Shown here piece by piece: positions 19,722-29,167 of a DNA stretch of 64,000 nucleotides. The translations under genes and the position numbers were made by a program. A model generated the notes under the pieces. It had not been told where the DNA came from and ran no database searches. It saw nothing but the letters and a program-made list of their open reading frames with translations. Numbering within the stretch: the stretch's first letter is position 1; each line of letters begins with the position of its first letter. Location of the stretch: NCBI GenBank assembly GCA_965204375.1, contig OZ241986.1, forward strand, positions 2,080,001 through 2,144,000. Direction: 5' to 3'. Origin of the DNA: Candidatus Latescibacterota bacterium (lineage in GTDB: Bacteria > Latescibacterota > UBA2968).

Positions 19722-21857
19722 TTATTTCACCTCAACGCCCCTCAACGCCTCAATCCGCCAGCCAAATTCCTCCTCCAATTCTTTTGTCCATCCCAGCTTC
19801 AGAAAAGCGATCTGCCCCTCCCGGTTGAGAAACCAGGTTGTGGGAAAGCCCTGAATCCCTGCTTTATTCACATATCCGTCATCGAGCAGAACCGGGAAAG
19901 TATAACCCTTTTCCTCCATCCACGGCGGAACCGACTCGGGATCGCGATCATTATTAATCGTCAAAATCGCCACATCTGGATCATCCTTGTAATGCTCGTA
20001 CAAATTCTGAAACTCCGGCATCTCTTTCACACACCACCCACACCATATCCCCCAAAAATTGATCGCCACGACCTTTCCCTTCAAAGAAGTCAGTGATACT
20101 TGCTTACCCTTTAATGTCTTTAAATTGAACGCAAGAGCGGATTCTGGAGACTCAATCCGAGAAGACAGGACCTCTTGTTTGCGCGTCTCTCGATCCGAAG
20201 CTCTCAAAGGTTTTAAGTAATCTTCGTACCCATCTAAACTCCCGTGTCGCTTCAAATAAAGTGACTTCAGAGCCTGATCATTGGGATTTTTACCCGATGA
20301 TGGGATTACTATACCCATTTTGTAAAATATTTCCGCCTGATCGAAATTGTCCATCGCCTCGTAAACCTGCCCCAAATGGTAAAGTATGTCCTCATCTTTG
20401 GAATTCAACTCATGGGCACGCATCAATTCTCGTTCGGCATCTTCCAAACGCCCTTCCTGAAAAAACACCCATCCGAGAGCATCCGCCATCGTCCCGGTCA
20501 TCCCATTTATGGCCTGTTGATACTCTTCCTCTGAATCGAAGTACTCCCTCTGGCTTTTTAGTTTTTCCCGTCCTGCCGCAACACCATCCCGGGCAATCTG
20601 CTCGGCCTCTCGATAATACGATGTGCGTTCCGCCAGTCTAATCGCACCCCTTGGAAATGTGATATGCGGGTTGAGGTTCTCATATTTAACCATACCCTGC
20701 ACCACATCCAGAGTTTCTTCCGCCGATACAGTAGAATCTCCTCCCATAGAAAAGAAAAGGTTCAGATACGCATCTCCCAACAACCCTTCATTATGGTGTC
20801 GGGGTCGTGCGATAAACGCCCGCAACAGGTCCTGATACGCCTCCTCTTGCTCGGGATCCTGGAAACCCTCTTCACCAGCGGCATCTTCCACCGCGCGATA
20901 GCGCTGCACCAGCACCCACTCCGCCTCCTCACTTTCACCATAGGAACTGAGAATGCGATCCCCAAACATTTTTGCCTTTTCCACATCTTCCAGTCGCAAA
21001 TAGAAATCGTGCAATGTCTTTAGAGAAACCACATCTTCTCCTCGCGCGTTCACAAACGCACCGGCATCAGCCTCAATCTCTGCGAATTTCTCTGCTTCAG
21101 ACTTATTTTTAAGTCGCTCAATCGCCCGCCAGAACCGCAGATGTACCTTTGCATCTGTGGGTGCCAGTTGCGCCGCTTTCTGGTATAGCGGATAGGCTTC
21201 ATCATAACGACGCATCACAGCCAGATAATAGGCCGGTCGAAAATAGCCATTTGCATTGCCGGGATCGGCTTTGCGCGCTTCTGCAAACGCCTTCAGGCAA
21301 TCCTCAAACCTTTCGCTATCGCCTCCCCTATTAGAAGTATAGTACAGCGCATTTCCCTTAACGACCAGAAGCCTGGCTGGATTCTCAACTCGCGTTTTAT
21401 ACTCATCCACAAAAGTAATCGCATTCTCTTTATTGCTTCCATACAGCACATCTGCTCTTGTATTGATGACATCCGCATGGTCAGGTAACATCTCCAGAGC
21501 TTTTTCACTGGCTAAAAGAGCCTCATCCCTACGCTCTTTACCAAGTCGATCAAGTGCGCTCGCAAGCGCGACCCAACCCCACACGCTACTTTCAGGAGAC
21601 GTGACCATCTCTTCAGCGGCGGCAACTGCTTCCTCTTTATTCTCCGCAGCCATGTGATGGATAAACCATGCGCGCAGATGCAAATTATCCGGAAACCGTT
21701 CCACCAGCTTTTTTCCTTCAGCATATCCATCTTTATGATTCCGTATTATTTGCAGAGATCTCAACCTCGCAATCGCCTCTTCTGCTATATCTTGCCCTTG
21801 AATGGGAATAGGACACAAACAACAAAGCAGAACATACAAGACCCATCGATTCATCAT
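19722..21857 (-). CDS. Exported TPR protein with C-terminal TlpA-like thioredoxin (redoxin) domain
   Basis: Signal peptide; TPRs (DALGWVFF..GRL); LKGKVVAINFWGIWCGWCVKEMP...GFPTTWFLNREG. Confidence 0.88.
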   Translation of the reverse strand: MMNRWVLYVLLCCLCPIPIQGQDIAEEAIARLRSLQIIRNHKDGYAEGKKLVERFPDNLHLRAWFIHHMAAENKEEAVAAAEEMVTSPESSVWGWVALASALDRLGKERRDEALLASEKALEMLPDHADVINTRADVLYGSNKENAITFVDEYKTRVENPARLLVVKGNALYYTSNRGGDSERFEDCLKAFAEARKADPGNANGYFRPAYYLAVMRRYDEAYPLYQKAAQLAPTDAKVHLRFWRAIERLKNKSEAEKFAEIEADAGAFVNARGEDVVSLKTLHDFYLRLEDVEKAKMFGDRILSSYGESEEAEWVLVQRYRAVEDAAGEEGFQDPEQEEAYQDLLRAFIARPRHHNEGLLGDAYLNLFFSMGGDSTVSAEETLDVVQGMVKYENLNPHITFPRGAIRLAERTSYYREAEQIARDGVAAGREKLKSQREYFDSEEEYQQAINGMTGTMADALGWVFFQEGRLEDAERELMRAHELNSKDEDILYHLGQVYEAMDNFDQAEIFYKMGIVIPSSGKNPNDQALKSLYLKRHGSLDGYEDYLKPLRASDRETRKQEVLSSRIESPESALAFNLKTLKGKQVSLTSLKGKVVAINFWGIWCGWCVKEMPEFQNLYEHYKDDPDVAILTINNDRDPESVPPWMEEKGYTFPVLLDDGYVNKAGIQGFPTTWFLNREGQIAFLKLGWTKELEEEFGWRIEALRGVEVK

Positions 21858-21872
21858 AACACACCTCCTGCG

Positions 21873-23177
21873 CTATGCTGGCGCGCCATAGACCAGAATC
21901 TTCCGCCGGTCGTAAATCAGCACCTCATCTCTTCCATCCCCATCCAGATCCAACACCATCGCGCCATATCCGATCCCGTAATCATAAGCCCGAAATCCCC
22001 GGATGCGCTGTCTGGGCTGTTTGAAATCCTCTCGAAAGGGAAATTCCATCACCCGGTTGCCGTCGCCATCCATCAGAAACGGCCAGTAAAGATGTGTATC
22101 TTCTGGCTCGCTATCATAGGGCACATCCTCTTGTTGCTTCTTTAAAGCCGGGGCATAAATCACCAGATCCAGCCCGTCATCCCGCCAGCCGCGCACAGCG
22201 TGTTGCGCGTATCCCACACCGGCTTTTTGCCACAGAGCCTGTCCATCGGGTGTATAACACGTCATCCCAATCCACTTTTCATTCAAAATCATCGTCTGCC
22301 CATCTATATCACTGCGAAAACGCCCCACCGTCGTATTCTGCGAATGCTCATGAGGGCGTCTCCAGATCACCTCGCCCTGCGTATTCGCCACAAAAAAATC
22401 TCTGCTACCCGAATACGCAATTTCAATCTCTCCATCCCCATTGAGATCCACCGGATTGATATTATCCGCATGCTCTGCCGTGGCATTTTCCACTGGAATC
22501 GACCACAACAAAGTCCCATCGCTATCCACCAGATTATACCCGATCAACATCTCGTCGCACCCATCGCCATCCACATCGATCAAAACCGGCGCATGCCCTG
22601 CCCCGTGATAATGCGGCGTCATCCACAACTCTGACAAATCGCTATCCAAAACATAAGTCGGATTGCCGTATTCATAAGGCGGATAAGCACCATCATTGAC
22701 CTTCACCACGAGTTGCTGCCGCGTCGGATCGCCCCTCAAACTCCCTGCCTTCACCTGGGAAAAATTATCTGCTGGCAACTTCTTCTTTGCCTGCACCTCG
22801 CCCGTTTCCCCGTCAAAAATCGTCAGCACATCCCACACAATCGCAACCACCTCCGCCTTCCCATCGCCATCTACATCAGCCGTAAGAAAATCATTGCCCC
22901 CATGCGCGCAGTACGGATCTGACCCCCGATGAGGCTCGCCCATCTGCCATAGCTGATTGCCCTCCAGGTCAATCGCCGTAATGCAGAACAAATGCCGTTC
23001 CTCGTCCGTATTCCATCCCCGCTCAATATAGAGATCCGACTTCAACTGCCCTGGACTCTGCCGCAACAAAAACTCCAGCTTTCCATCGCCATTCACATCC
23101 GCCACAATCATCTGCCCACCGACACCTTCCACATCCAGTTCCCACAGCAACCGCGCATCGCTCCGTGCTTCACCCAT
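21873..23177 (-). CDS. PL11-like FG-GAP beta-propeller protein; no signal peptide
   Basis: DVNGDGKLE, DVDGDGKAEV, GAGH, DVDGDGCDEMLIGY, EHAD, HSQ...GRFR. Motifs align by eye with the C-terminal half of 15712-17700. Confidence 0.6.
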   Translation of the reverse strand: MGEARSDARLLWELDVEGVGGQMIVADVNGDGKLEFLLRQSPGQLKSDLYIERGWNTDEERHLFCITAIDLEGNQLWQMGEPHRGSDPYCAHGGNDFLTADVDGDGKAEVVAIVWDVLTIFDGETGEVQAKKKLPADNFSQVKAGSLRGDPTRQQLVVKVNDGAYPPYEYGNPTYVLDSDLSELWMTPHYHGAGHAPVLIDVDGDGCDEMLIGYNLVDSDGTLLWSIPVENATAEHADNINPVDLNGDGEIEIAYSGSRDFFVANTQGEVIWRRPHEHSQNTTVGRFRSDIDGQTMILNEKWIGMTCYTPDGQALWQKAGVGYAQHAVRGWRDDGLDLVIYAPALKKQQEDVPYDSEPEDTHLYWPFLMDGDGNRVMEFPFREDFKQPRQRIRGFRAYDYGIGYGAMVLDLDGDGRDEVLIYDRRKILVYGAPA

Positions 23178-23198
23178 AACGGCCTCCTTTTAAATGCA

Positions 23199-24797
23199 TC
23201 AATCCTCTTCCACAACCACAACGCGATCTATCCCAACATCTTCCAACACCTGCACGCGCCCACTCACCCAGCGCACCTCAATGCGATCCACGCGACGCGC
23301 ATTGCCCAGCCCAAAATGCAGACGCAAATCGCTCGCTGACAAATAGCTCGACTGACTTCGAACCTCGCGCACCTGGATCTTTCCCCCCGCACTCACATGC
23401 ACCACTGCCCCAATCCCATCCCTATTTGAAAACCCCTGTCTCGTCTCCTGCATACCCCCCACCAGCTTTACAACGATCCAGTGTCCCGCGTCCCCTACTT
23501 CGTTGCGAAACACCCGCGCACGCTGTCCCGAATGCAACACCACCAGATCCTGATCGCCATCCCCATCCAGATCGCCAACCGCTGACCCGCGACTCACCCC
23601 AGGCGTTTCAACGCCTGCATTGACCACCTCAAATCGCCCGTCCGCATTGCGAAATATTTGATCCGCCTGTAAATAGGACTCAGCCCTGGAAAACGCCTGT
23701 ACATTCGGAAAAATATGCCCATTTGCCACAAACAGATCCAGATCGCCATCGTTGTCATAATCAAAAAAATGAGTGCCAAATCCCAGAGGCAGCAGAGATG
23801 CGCCAGCAATACCGGTTAGCGCGCTGACCTCTGTAAAAAACCCGCCCGTCCTGCACAGATAAATCGCATTGGTCTCGTAGGAAAAATTCGTCACAAAAAT
23901 ATCTGATCGCCCGTCCCCATCAACATCCCCCACATCAACCCCCATCCCCGCCTGCGTCCGGCCCTGCGCATTAAACGCCACACCCGCCTCTATACCCACA
24001 TTCTCAAACCGCCCGCCCGCATTGCGGTACAAAAAATTTGGCGTCGTATCATTCGCCACATAGAGATCGGTATCCCCATCCCCATCGTAATCCAGACTCA
24101 CCACCCCAAGCCCTTTGCCCGAAGAATCCGCCACACCCGCCTCAAAGGACACATCTGTAAATAGTCCATTCCCCTCATTCCGATAAAGCAAATCCGGTGC
24201 CCCCTCAAAATAGCCCGGATCGCAATACGTGCGAATGCCCACCCGCTCACAATGCGGCTCGGTTTTCACATCATACGTCAAATAGCGCACCACATACAAA
24301 TCCAGATCGCCATCCCCATCTGCATCAAAAAAGGTGGCACCAGCAGACCATCCACCGCCATCCACCCCCGCGTTCTTTTCCACAAAACCGCCACGACCAT
24401 CATTTTGATACAGCACATTGGCATCATAACCCGTCGTATAAAGATCGAGATCGCCATCATTGTCATAATCCCCAACCGTACACCCCATGCCATACCCAAC
24501 ACCAGGCGCACCCGGCACAGCAGAAAATCGAAACCCGCCATCGTTTCGATAAAGCGCGTTCTCGCCGCCCGCCTGCCCGTGTTCTCCATTGACAAAATAC
24601 AGATCCAGATCCCCATCCCCATCCGCATCAAACACCGCACACCCCGATCCCATGGTTTCCAAATAATGCCAATTTCCCCGCGCGCCAGTCCGATGCACAA
24701 ACGATATGCCAGACGCTTCTGCGACCTCCACAAATTGCTCTGCGGCAACAGAACTCGCGTACAAAAAAACAAACAAAAAAACAGCTTTCTTCATCAT
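23199..24797 (-). CDS. CRTAC1/ASPIC-UnbV family FG-GAP protein (exported)
   Basis: Signal peptide; ETMGSG, several DxDGDGDLDL repeats, GKGLGV, AGMGV; SNRDGIGA...SSYLSASDLRLHFGLG. Confidence 0.92.
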   Translation of the reverse strand: MMKKAVFLFVFLYASSVAAEQFVEVAEASGISFVHRTGARGNWHYLETMGSGCAVFDADGDGDLDLYFVNGEHGQAGGENALYRNDGGFRFSAVPGAPGVGYGMGCTVGDYDNDGDLDLYTTGYDANVLYQNDGRGGFVEKNAGVDGGGWSAGATFFDADGDGDLDLYVVRYLTYDVKTEPHCERVGIRTYCDPGYFEGAPDLLYRNEGNGLFTDVSFEAGVADSSGKGLGVVSLDYDGDGDTDLYVANDTTPNFLYRNAGGRFENVGIEAGVAFNAQGRTQAGMGVDVGDVDGDGRSDIFVTNFSYETNAIYLCRTGGFFTEVSALTGIAGASLLPLGFGTHFFDYDNDGDLDLFVANGHIFPNVQAFSRAESYLQADQIFRNADGRFEVVNAGVETPGVSRGSAVGDLDGDGDQDLVVLHSGQRARVFRNEVGDAGHWIVVKLVGGMQETRQGFSNRDGIGAVVHVSAGGKIQVREVRSQSSYLSASDLRLHFGLGNARRVDRIEVRWVSGRVQVLEDVGIDRVVVVEED

Positions 24798-26272
24798 TCT
24801 CGTGCCTTTGCCGCCATTGCCTCGGCCTCTGCTTTCCGCCCTGCCCGACCGTAGAGAACCGACAACTGGAGATACAACTCGCTCGGATCTTCCACTCCCT
24901 CAATCACCTGATCATACAACGCCCTTGCCGCGTCCATATCTCCCGCCACTGCATGTGCCACACCCAATCGCACCAGCAACCCCGCAGAATACGCAACCTG
25001 ATCTGCCCTGGCCTGATATGTCGAGATACACTTATTCAAATGTCCCGTCTTCGCCTGTGACTGGCTAATCTGATCGTAAATATAGAACGCAGCATAGGCA
25101 ATTGGATCCATCGCCACAATCCGCTCATACCCCTCCACCACATCATGCGACAACCCATCAGCACACAAAAACATATTTGCTCTATGTCTCAATGCCTCGT
25201 CAGATACCATGCCTCCTTCACCCAGCGCAAAAGCCGCATCATAAGACCGCCGCGCCCGCTCTACATCTCCCAACGCCTGATAGGACTGTCCCAGAGCGAG
25301 ATACACCACGGGGACCTCCGGACTAAACCGCCACGGCAAATTCGGATCTTCCACCAGATCAACCGCTTCCCGATAAACCCCTATTGCCTTATCGTGATGC
25401 CCCAATCTCACAAATCTGTCTCCGAAATCCAGCAAATCGGCTATCTTATCAAATCGCACGGACAACACATACTGATCTCGAACTGTGTGCCGATGGCGCT
25501 CGTCAAAAAACTTAAACGTCTCCCAGACCTGTCGCGCCGATAGCGAATCGCCCGATACCTGATAAGCCTGTGCCAGTCCATAGTGACCTTTGGGATCTTC
25601 AAAATCAATTTTTGTCGCCCGTTTGTACGCAGATATAGCAGACGCATACTTGCCGTGCATCATCATGAGTTGTCCGATCTCTAAATGCGCCTCTTTGCGA
25701 TCCGAAAACATGTGGACGGCCTTTTGAAATGCCTCCAGCGCCTCGTCGTAACGCGCTTGCCTGACCAGCGCAAGCCCATATCCGTAAACCGCCAGATCGT
25801 CCGTCGGATCTCGCTCCAAAACAGCCTTAAACGCCTCTTCCGCATCGGAATACGCCCCTGCCAATTCAGTTACAAATCCCAGATTTCGGTAAAACATTGT
25901 CTCATCGGGTTTTAGCGCAACCGCCTGCTCAAATGCTTCAATCGCCGAGCTGTAATTGCGCTGAAAAAAATACACCACCCCAAGATCGTTATGCGCTCCT
26001 GCATCCTCTATTTTCAGATGAATAGCCCGCCGCAAATTCTCCCCGGCCTCTTGCAAATCGCCCTGCCGCGTCACAATTTGAAGCCATCCCAAAAATCGGT
26101 ACGCATCCGCCGCTGTCGAATCGGCTGCGATCACATCCTCGCACCGCACCATTGCACCGTAATAATTGCCCTTGATAATATCGACCAGCACCGAGTCCAT
26201 CTGTGACGGCTCAACATGTGAGACAAACAGCATCCACACCATTAGCCCGTAACCAAATCTTTTCAAAATCAC
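24794..26272 (-). CDS. Tetratricopeptide repeat protein (exported)
   Basis: Repeated AHNDLG..Y, YRNLG, YGYGLAL, HYGLAQAY TPR helices; N-terminal signal-like segment. Confidence 0.88.
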   Translation of the reverse strand: MILKRFGYGLMVWMLFVSHVEPSQMDSVLVDIIKGNYYGAMVRCEDVIAADSTAADAYRFLGWLQIVTRQGDLQEAGENLRRAIHLKIEDAGAHNDLGVVYFFQRNYSSAIEAFEQAVALKPDETMFYRNLGFVTELAGAYSDAEEAFKAVLERDPTDDLAVYGYGLALVRQARYDEALEAFQKAVHMFSDRKEAHLEIGQLMMMHGKYASAISAYKRATKIDFEDPKGHYGLAQAYQVSGDSLSARQVWETFKFFDERHRHTVRDQYVLSVRFDKIADLLDFGDRFVRLGHHDKAIGVYREAVDLVEDPNLPWRFSPEVPVVYLALGQSYQALGDVERARRSYDAAFALGEGGMVSDEALRHRANMFLCADGLSHDVVEGYERIVAMDPIAYAAFYIYDQISQSQAKTGHLNKCISTYQARADQVAYSAGLLVRLGVAHAVAGDMDAARALYDQVIEGVEDPSELYLQLSVLYGRAGRKAEAEAMAAKARE

Positions 26273-26278
26273 TCCTCC

Positions 26279-28234
26279 TCAATACAAATGAATCCAATGC
26301 CCCCGGCCCATAAACCACACCACATCCACCGCAAACGACACGCCAACCCCCAGCGAATATCCCGATAGCAATCCCGTAAACAACGGACGATACCGCCGAT
26401 AAAGCGTCACACCGCCGATTTTCACAATCAAAAACTTACACGCCCAGGCAATAAAAATAGACCACGTCGCTTTCGTAGCGCGACCACTTCCACCCACTGC
26501 AAACCCAATCGGATGCAACGGCCACCAGGGCAAACGGTAGCGCAACACCGTCAACAGCGTCATGCCCACCACACCAACCCCGAAAAATATCAGACGAGAA
26601 GACGCTGGTCCCTGAGGACTTTGCATCATACTTACTGCCCGCGCAAACACGCTATCGCGGCCATAGCGAAATGGAAACCCCCCAAAATTGTACGCCCCCT
26701 GTTCATAGCCCCATCCCAGACTCAAATAAATACACAGGGGAATGCCCACGAGCAGCGCCAGCCCCATGCTCTTGCCCAGTCGCCTCTGATCGGTACCGGC
26801 CAGATCACCCATCTTCGCACTATTGGCCAGAGACGACATAAACAGGCCCTTGCCGTGAAAAAACAGCCCCTCTGTAAATGCCAGCGTTGTAATCGTCCCT
26901 CCCGCCATAGATACCGAACCCAAACAATTGGTCACCAATGTCTGCGGACTCACCCCCCATGCCAGATAGAGCAATCCACTCTCACACACCACCTTTGCCA
27001 GTCCCAAACACACCCCGTAAAGCGCGAGCAAAAACAAAACGCCGATATACCACTCGATCCCGGCCATACACAACCACAACAGACAAAATCCCGATCCCAG
27101 AAACACGCCCAATACGGCTGTGCGGTAAGACACCATTTCACCCGAATCATCCACCCCGTACTTCGTATTGATCGCTTTTCTCACCACATCTCGCAGATGA
27201 TGCCGCGCCGTCCACAACGCCCACCAGACCAGCGCGAACAACGCCCCCAGATTTTCCCATGCACTCGCCGCACCCGTTCCCGGCCCCAAATCCAGACCAA
27301 TGCGGTTGAAAATCCCGTTCTGCGCCCAGTAAACCAAATAAAAAAACCACAGACTAAACAACACGTCCAGATTGGCAAAATAACCAAACCCGATAATGTA
27401 CAAATTGACCCGGTTGGTCATCGCGGGAAACCCGTCGATAAATACCAGATCTTTGCGCCCAAAAAAGTTGATACGGGGCCAGGCATCCCAGAAATACCAC
27501 ACAAAATTCCACGCCAAAAGCCCAAAACCCAAAACAAATCCGAACCAGAACAGCTTATTCCGCATCAGACCAGACAATATCCCTCCAATGCCGTCGTCTT
27601 CAATTAGATCGGACACCGGAGAAATCAGAGGATATACCAGACGCTCGTTTTCCACCCATTGCTTTCTCAGCATCACCGCCATACACAGCAGCACAAAAGT
27701 CAGCACCCCGATCAGACACATCCACCAGAATAACGGCATAATCCAGGCCGACCACGGCACTGAGCCTGAGGGCAGCCCCTCAAAAAATCCCTGCATTGCG
27801 CCGCGCTCATTCAAAGGCGCCAACCACGAAGGGATAGTCGGATGCAACAGGGCTTCCCATTGATTCTCTGGGGAAGCAAAATAATAAGGCGCAGCCAGCA
27901 CACCGAGGAAAAATCCCAAAAGACCGCTACCGGGTATATGCGCCCCGATCAATCCCATCGCGGCAACAGTCAAAAGCTCTGAACGCGAGAGCATATACCC
28001 CGGATAAATCCATTTCAAAAGTGGGTTCAAACCCAAAATCACAACCACAAACCACATGAAAAAACCCACGGGGAAATGACTCACGTTCATAGACGACGAC
28101 CGCGCCACCGGCTCCGAAAACGTAATCACCGCGACCTCTGCACAGACCAGCACCAGGCCCAGCAACACAGCGCGGGCGGTCACGCCCCGGTCGGCTGACT
28201 GAATCGCAACAGATGTATCAAAAGCCAGACTCAT
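26279..28234 (-). CDS. DUF6785/DUF6784-like polytopic membrane protein (paralog 2)
   Basis: FASPENQW, KQWVENERLVYP, YFANLDVLFSLWFFY, WWPLHPIG, VWFMGRGH. Confidence 0.8.
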   Translation of the reverse strand: MSLAFDTSVAIQSADRGVTARAVLLGLVLVCAEVAVITFSEPVARSSSMNVSHFPVGFFMWFVVVILGLNPLLKWIYPGYMLSRSELLTVAAMGLIGAHIPGSGLLGFFLGVLAAPYYFASPENQWEALLHPTIPSWLAPLNERGAMQGFFEGLPSGSVPWSAWIMPLFWWMCLIGVLTFVLLCMAVMLRKQWVENERLVYPLISPVSDLIEDDGIGGILSGLMRNKLFWFGFVLGFGLLAWNFVWYFWDAWPRINFFGRKDLVFIDGFPAMTNRVNLYIIGFGYFANLDVLFSLWFFYLVYWAQNGIFNRIGLDLGPGTGAASAWENLGALFALVWWALWTARHHLRDVVRKAINTKYGVDDSGEMVSYRTAVLGVFLGSGFCLLWLCMAGIEWYIGVLFLLALYGVCLGLAKVVCESGLLYLAWGVSPQTLVTNCLGSVSMAGGTITTLAFTEGLFFHGKGLFMSSLANSAKMGDLAGTDQRRLGKSMGLALLVGIPLCIYLSLGWGYEQGAYNFGGFPFRYGRDSVFARAVSMMQSPQGPASSRLIFFGVGVVGMTLLTVLRYRLPWWPLHPIGFAVGGSGRATKATWSIFIAWACKFLIVKIGGVTLYRRYRPLFTGLLSGYSLGVGVSFAVDVVWFMGRGHWIHLY

Positions 28235-29139
28235 TACTCTTTCTCCAGCTTATCCAGCTTCCGGCTAAAAACCAATTCGATCTCCGCTTTAATATCATCA
28301 ATAGGCTTTGAATCGCCTGCCATACGCACCTGCGGCAATCCCAGACCGATCTTCATATTGTGGGAAAGCACAAGCCCGCGGTCGATATCTATCTCCCACT
28401 CCGCATTCCCCGATCCCTTGCCATCAATCACCAGCGACAACACCTCAATGTGAAACCAAATTCGGTAATGTACCTCGCGCTCCTCCTCAATCTCCACCAC
28501 CCGGTATCCCTTTTGCTCTTTGACCTTCTTCAGCTTATACGCACTGGTAAACTGCACAAGTGAAGGCTCTAACCCGGCATCGAAATCGTAAAACGGCACC
28601 TCAATGCGCTGCTCACCCTCCCAGGCATCCCCGACCGACACCGCTCGATCGGGCAGCACGGGCGCGAGACCGGGCATCCAGACCTGCCGCAAATCCGTAA
28701 TCATATCCTTGCGTTTTGTCTTGAAAGCTGGAAAATCGGGATCAAACGCATCCACCTGTCCCCCGGGCGCAATCTCCCAGGCAAACGAAAGGTCATTCAA
28801 CAAATCCAGGGTATAGGGGAATTGCTCATAGGTCAACCGCTCACCTGTCAATATGGCCTGGCTCCCGGCCTTATCTACTTTGGCAGTCACTTTCACGCTA
28901 TCGCCCCCTTCAACTACTTCACGGCTCCGCCATTCCCCGTATCCCTGCATAGTAAACGAGCCTTCTCTCAAAATCATCTCTGCCTTATCGCTAAAATAGT
29001 CCAAGCGATACTTGTTCTTATAGCGCGCGATTCGCCCTTCGGGATACTGCAACTTCAACATCACCTGATCCGTAGCACAAACCTCTTCTCCCACCACCAT
29101 AATCCCTATCGCACACAGAATCCATCTCAAAACTTTCAC
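28234..29139 (-). CDS. Exported hypothetical beta-rich protein (possibly DUF6263-like)
   Basis: Signal peptide, GGAGG RBS, stop abuts the next start; LPDRAVSVGDAW motif. Family call is tentative. Confidence 0.6.
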   Translation of the reverse strand: MKVLRWILCAIGIMVVGEEVCATDQVMLKLQYPEGRIARYKNKYRLDYFSDKAEMILREGSFTMQGYGEWRSREVVEGGDSVKVTAKVDKAGSQAILTGERLTYEQFPYTLDLLNDLSFAWEIAPGGQVDAFDPDFPAFKTKRKDMITDLRQVWMPGLAPVLPDRAVSVGDAWEGEQRIEVPFYDFDAGLEPSLVQFTSAYKLKKVKEQKGYRVVEIEEEREVHYRIWFHIEVLSLVIDGKGSGNAEWEIDIDRGLVLSHNMKIGLGLPQVRMAGDSKPIDDIKAEIELVFSRKLDKLEKE

Positions 29140-29167
29140 GGCGTCCTCCTTCCTGATACCTCCCCTA

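Noticed and set aside
10612-24797. Recurrent CCATCCCCATC / ATCGCCATC nucleotide motifs as a possible repeat array or CRISPR
   Set aside because: They encode DxDGDG FG-GAP motifs inside proteins, with irregular spacing and no repeat-spacer structure.
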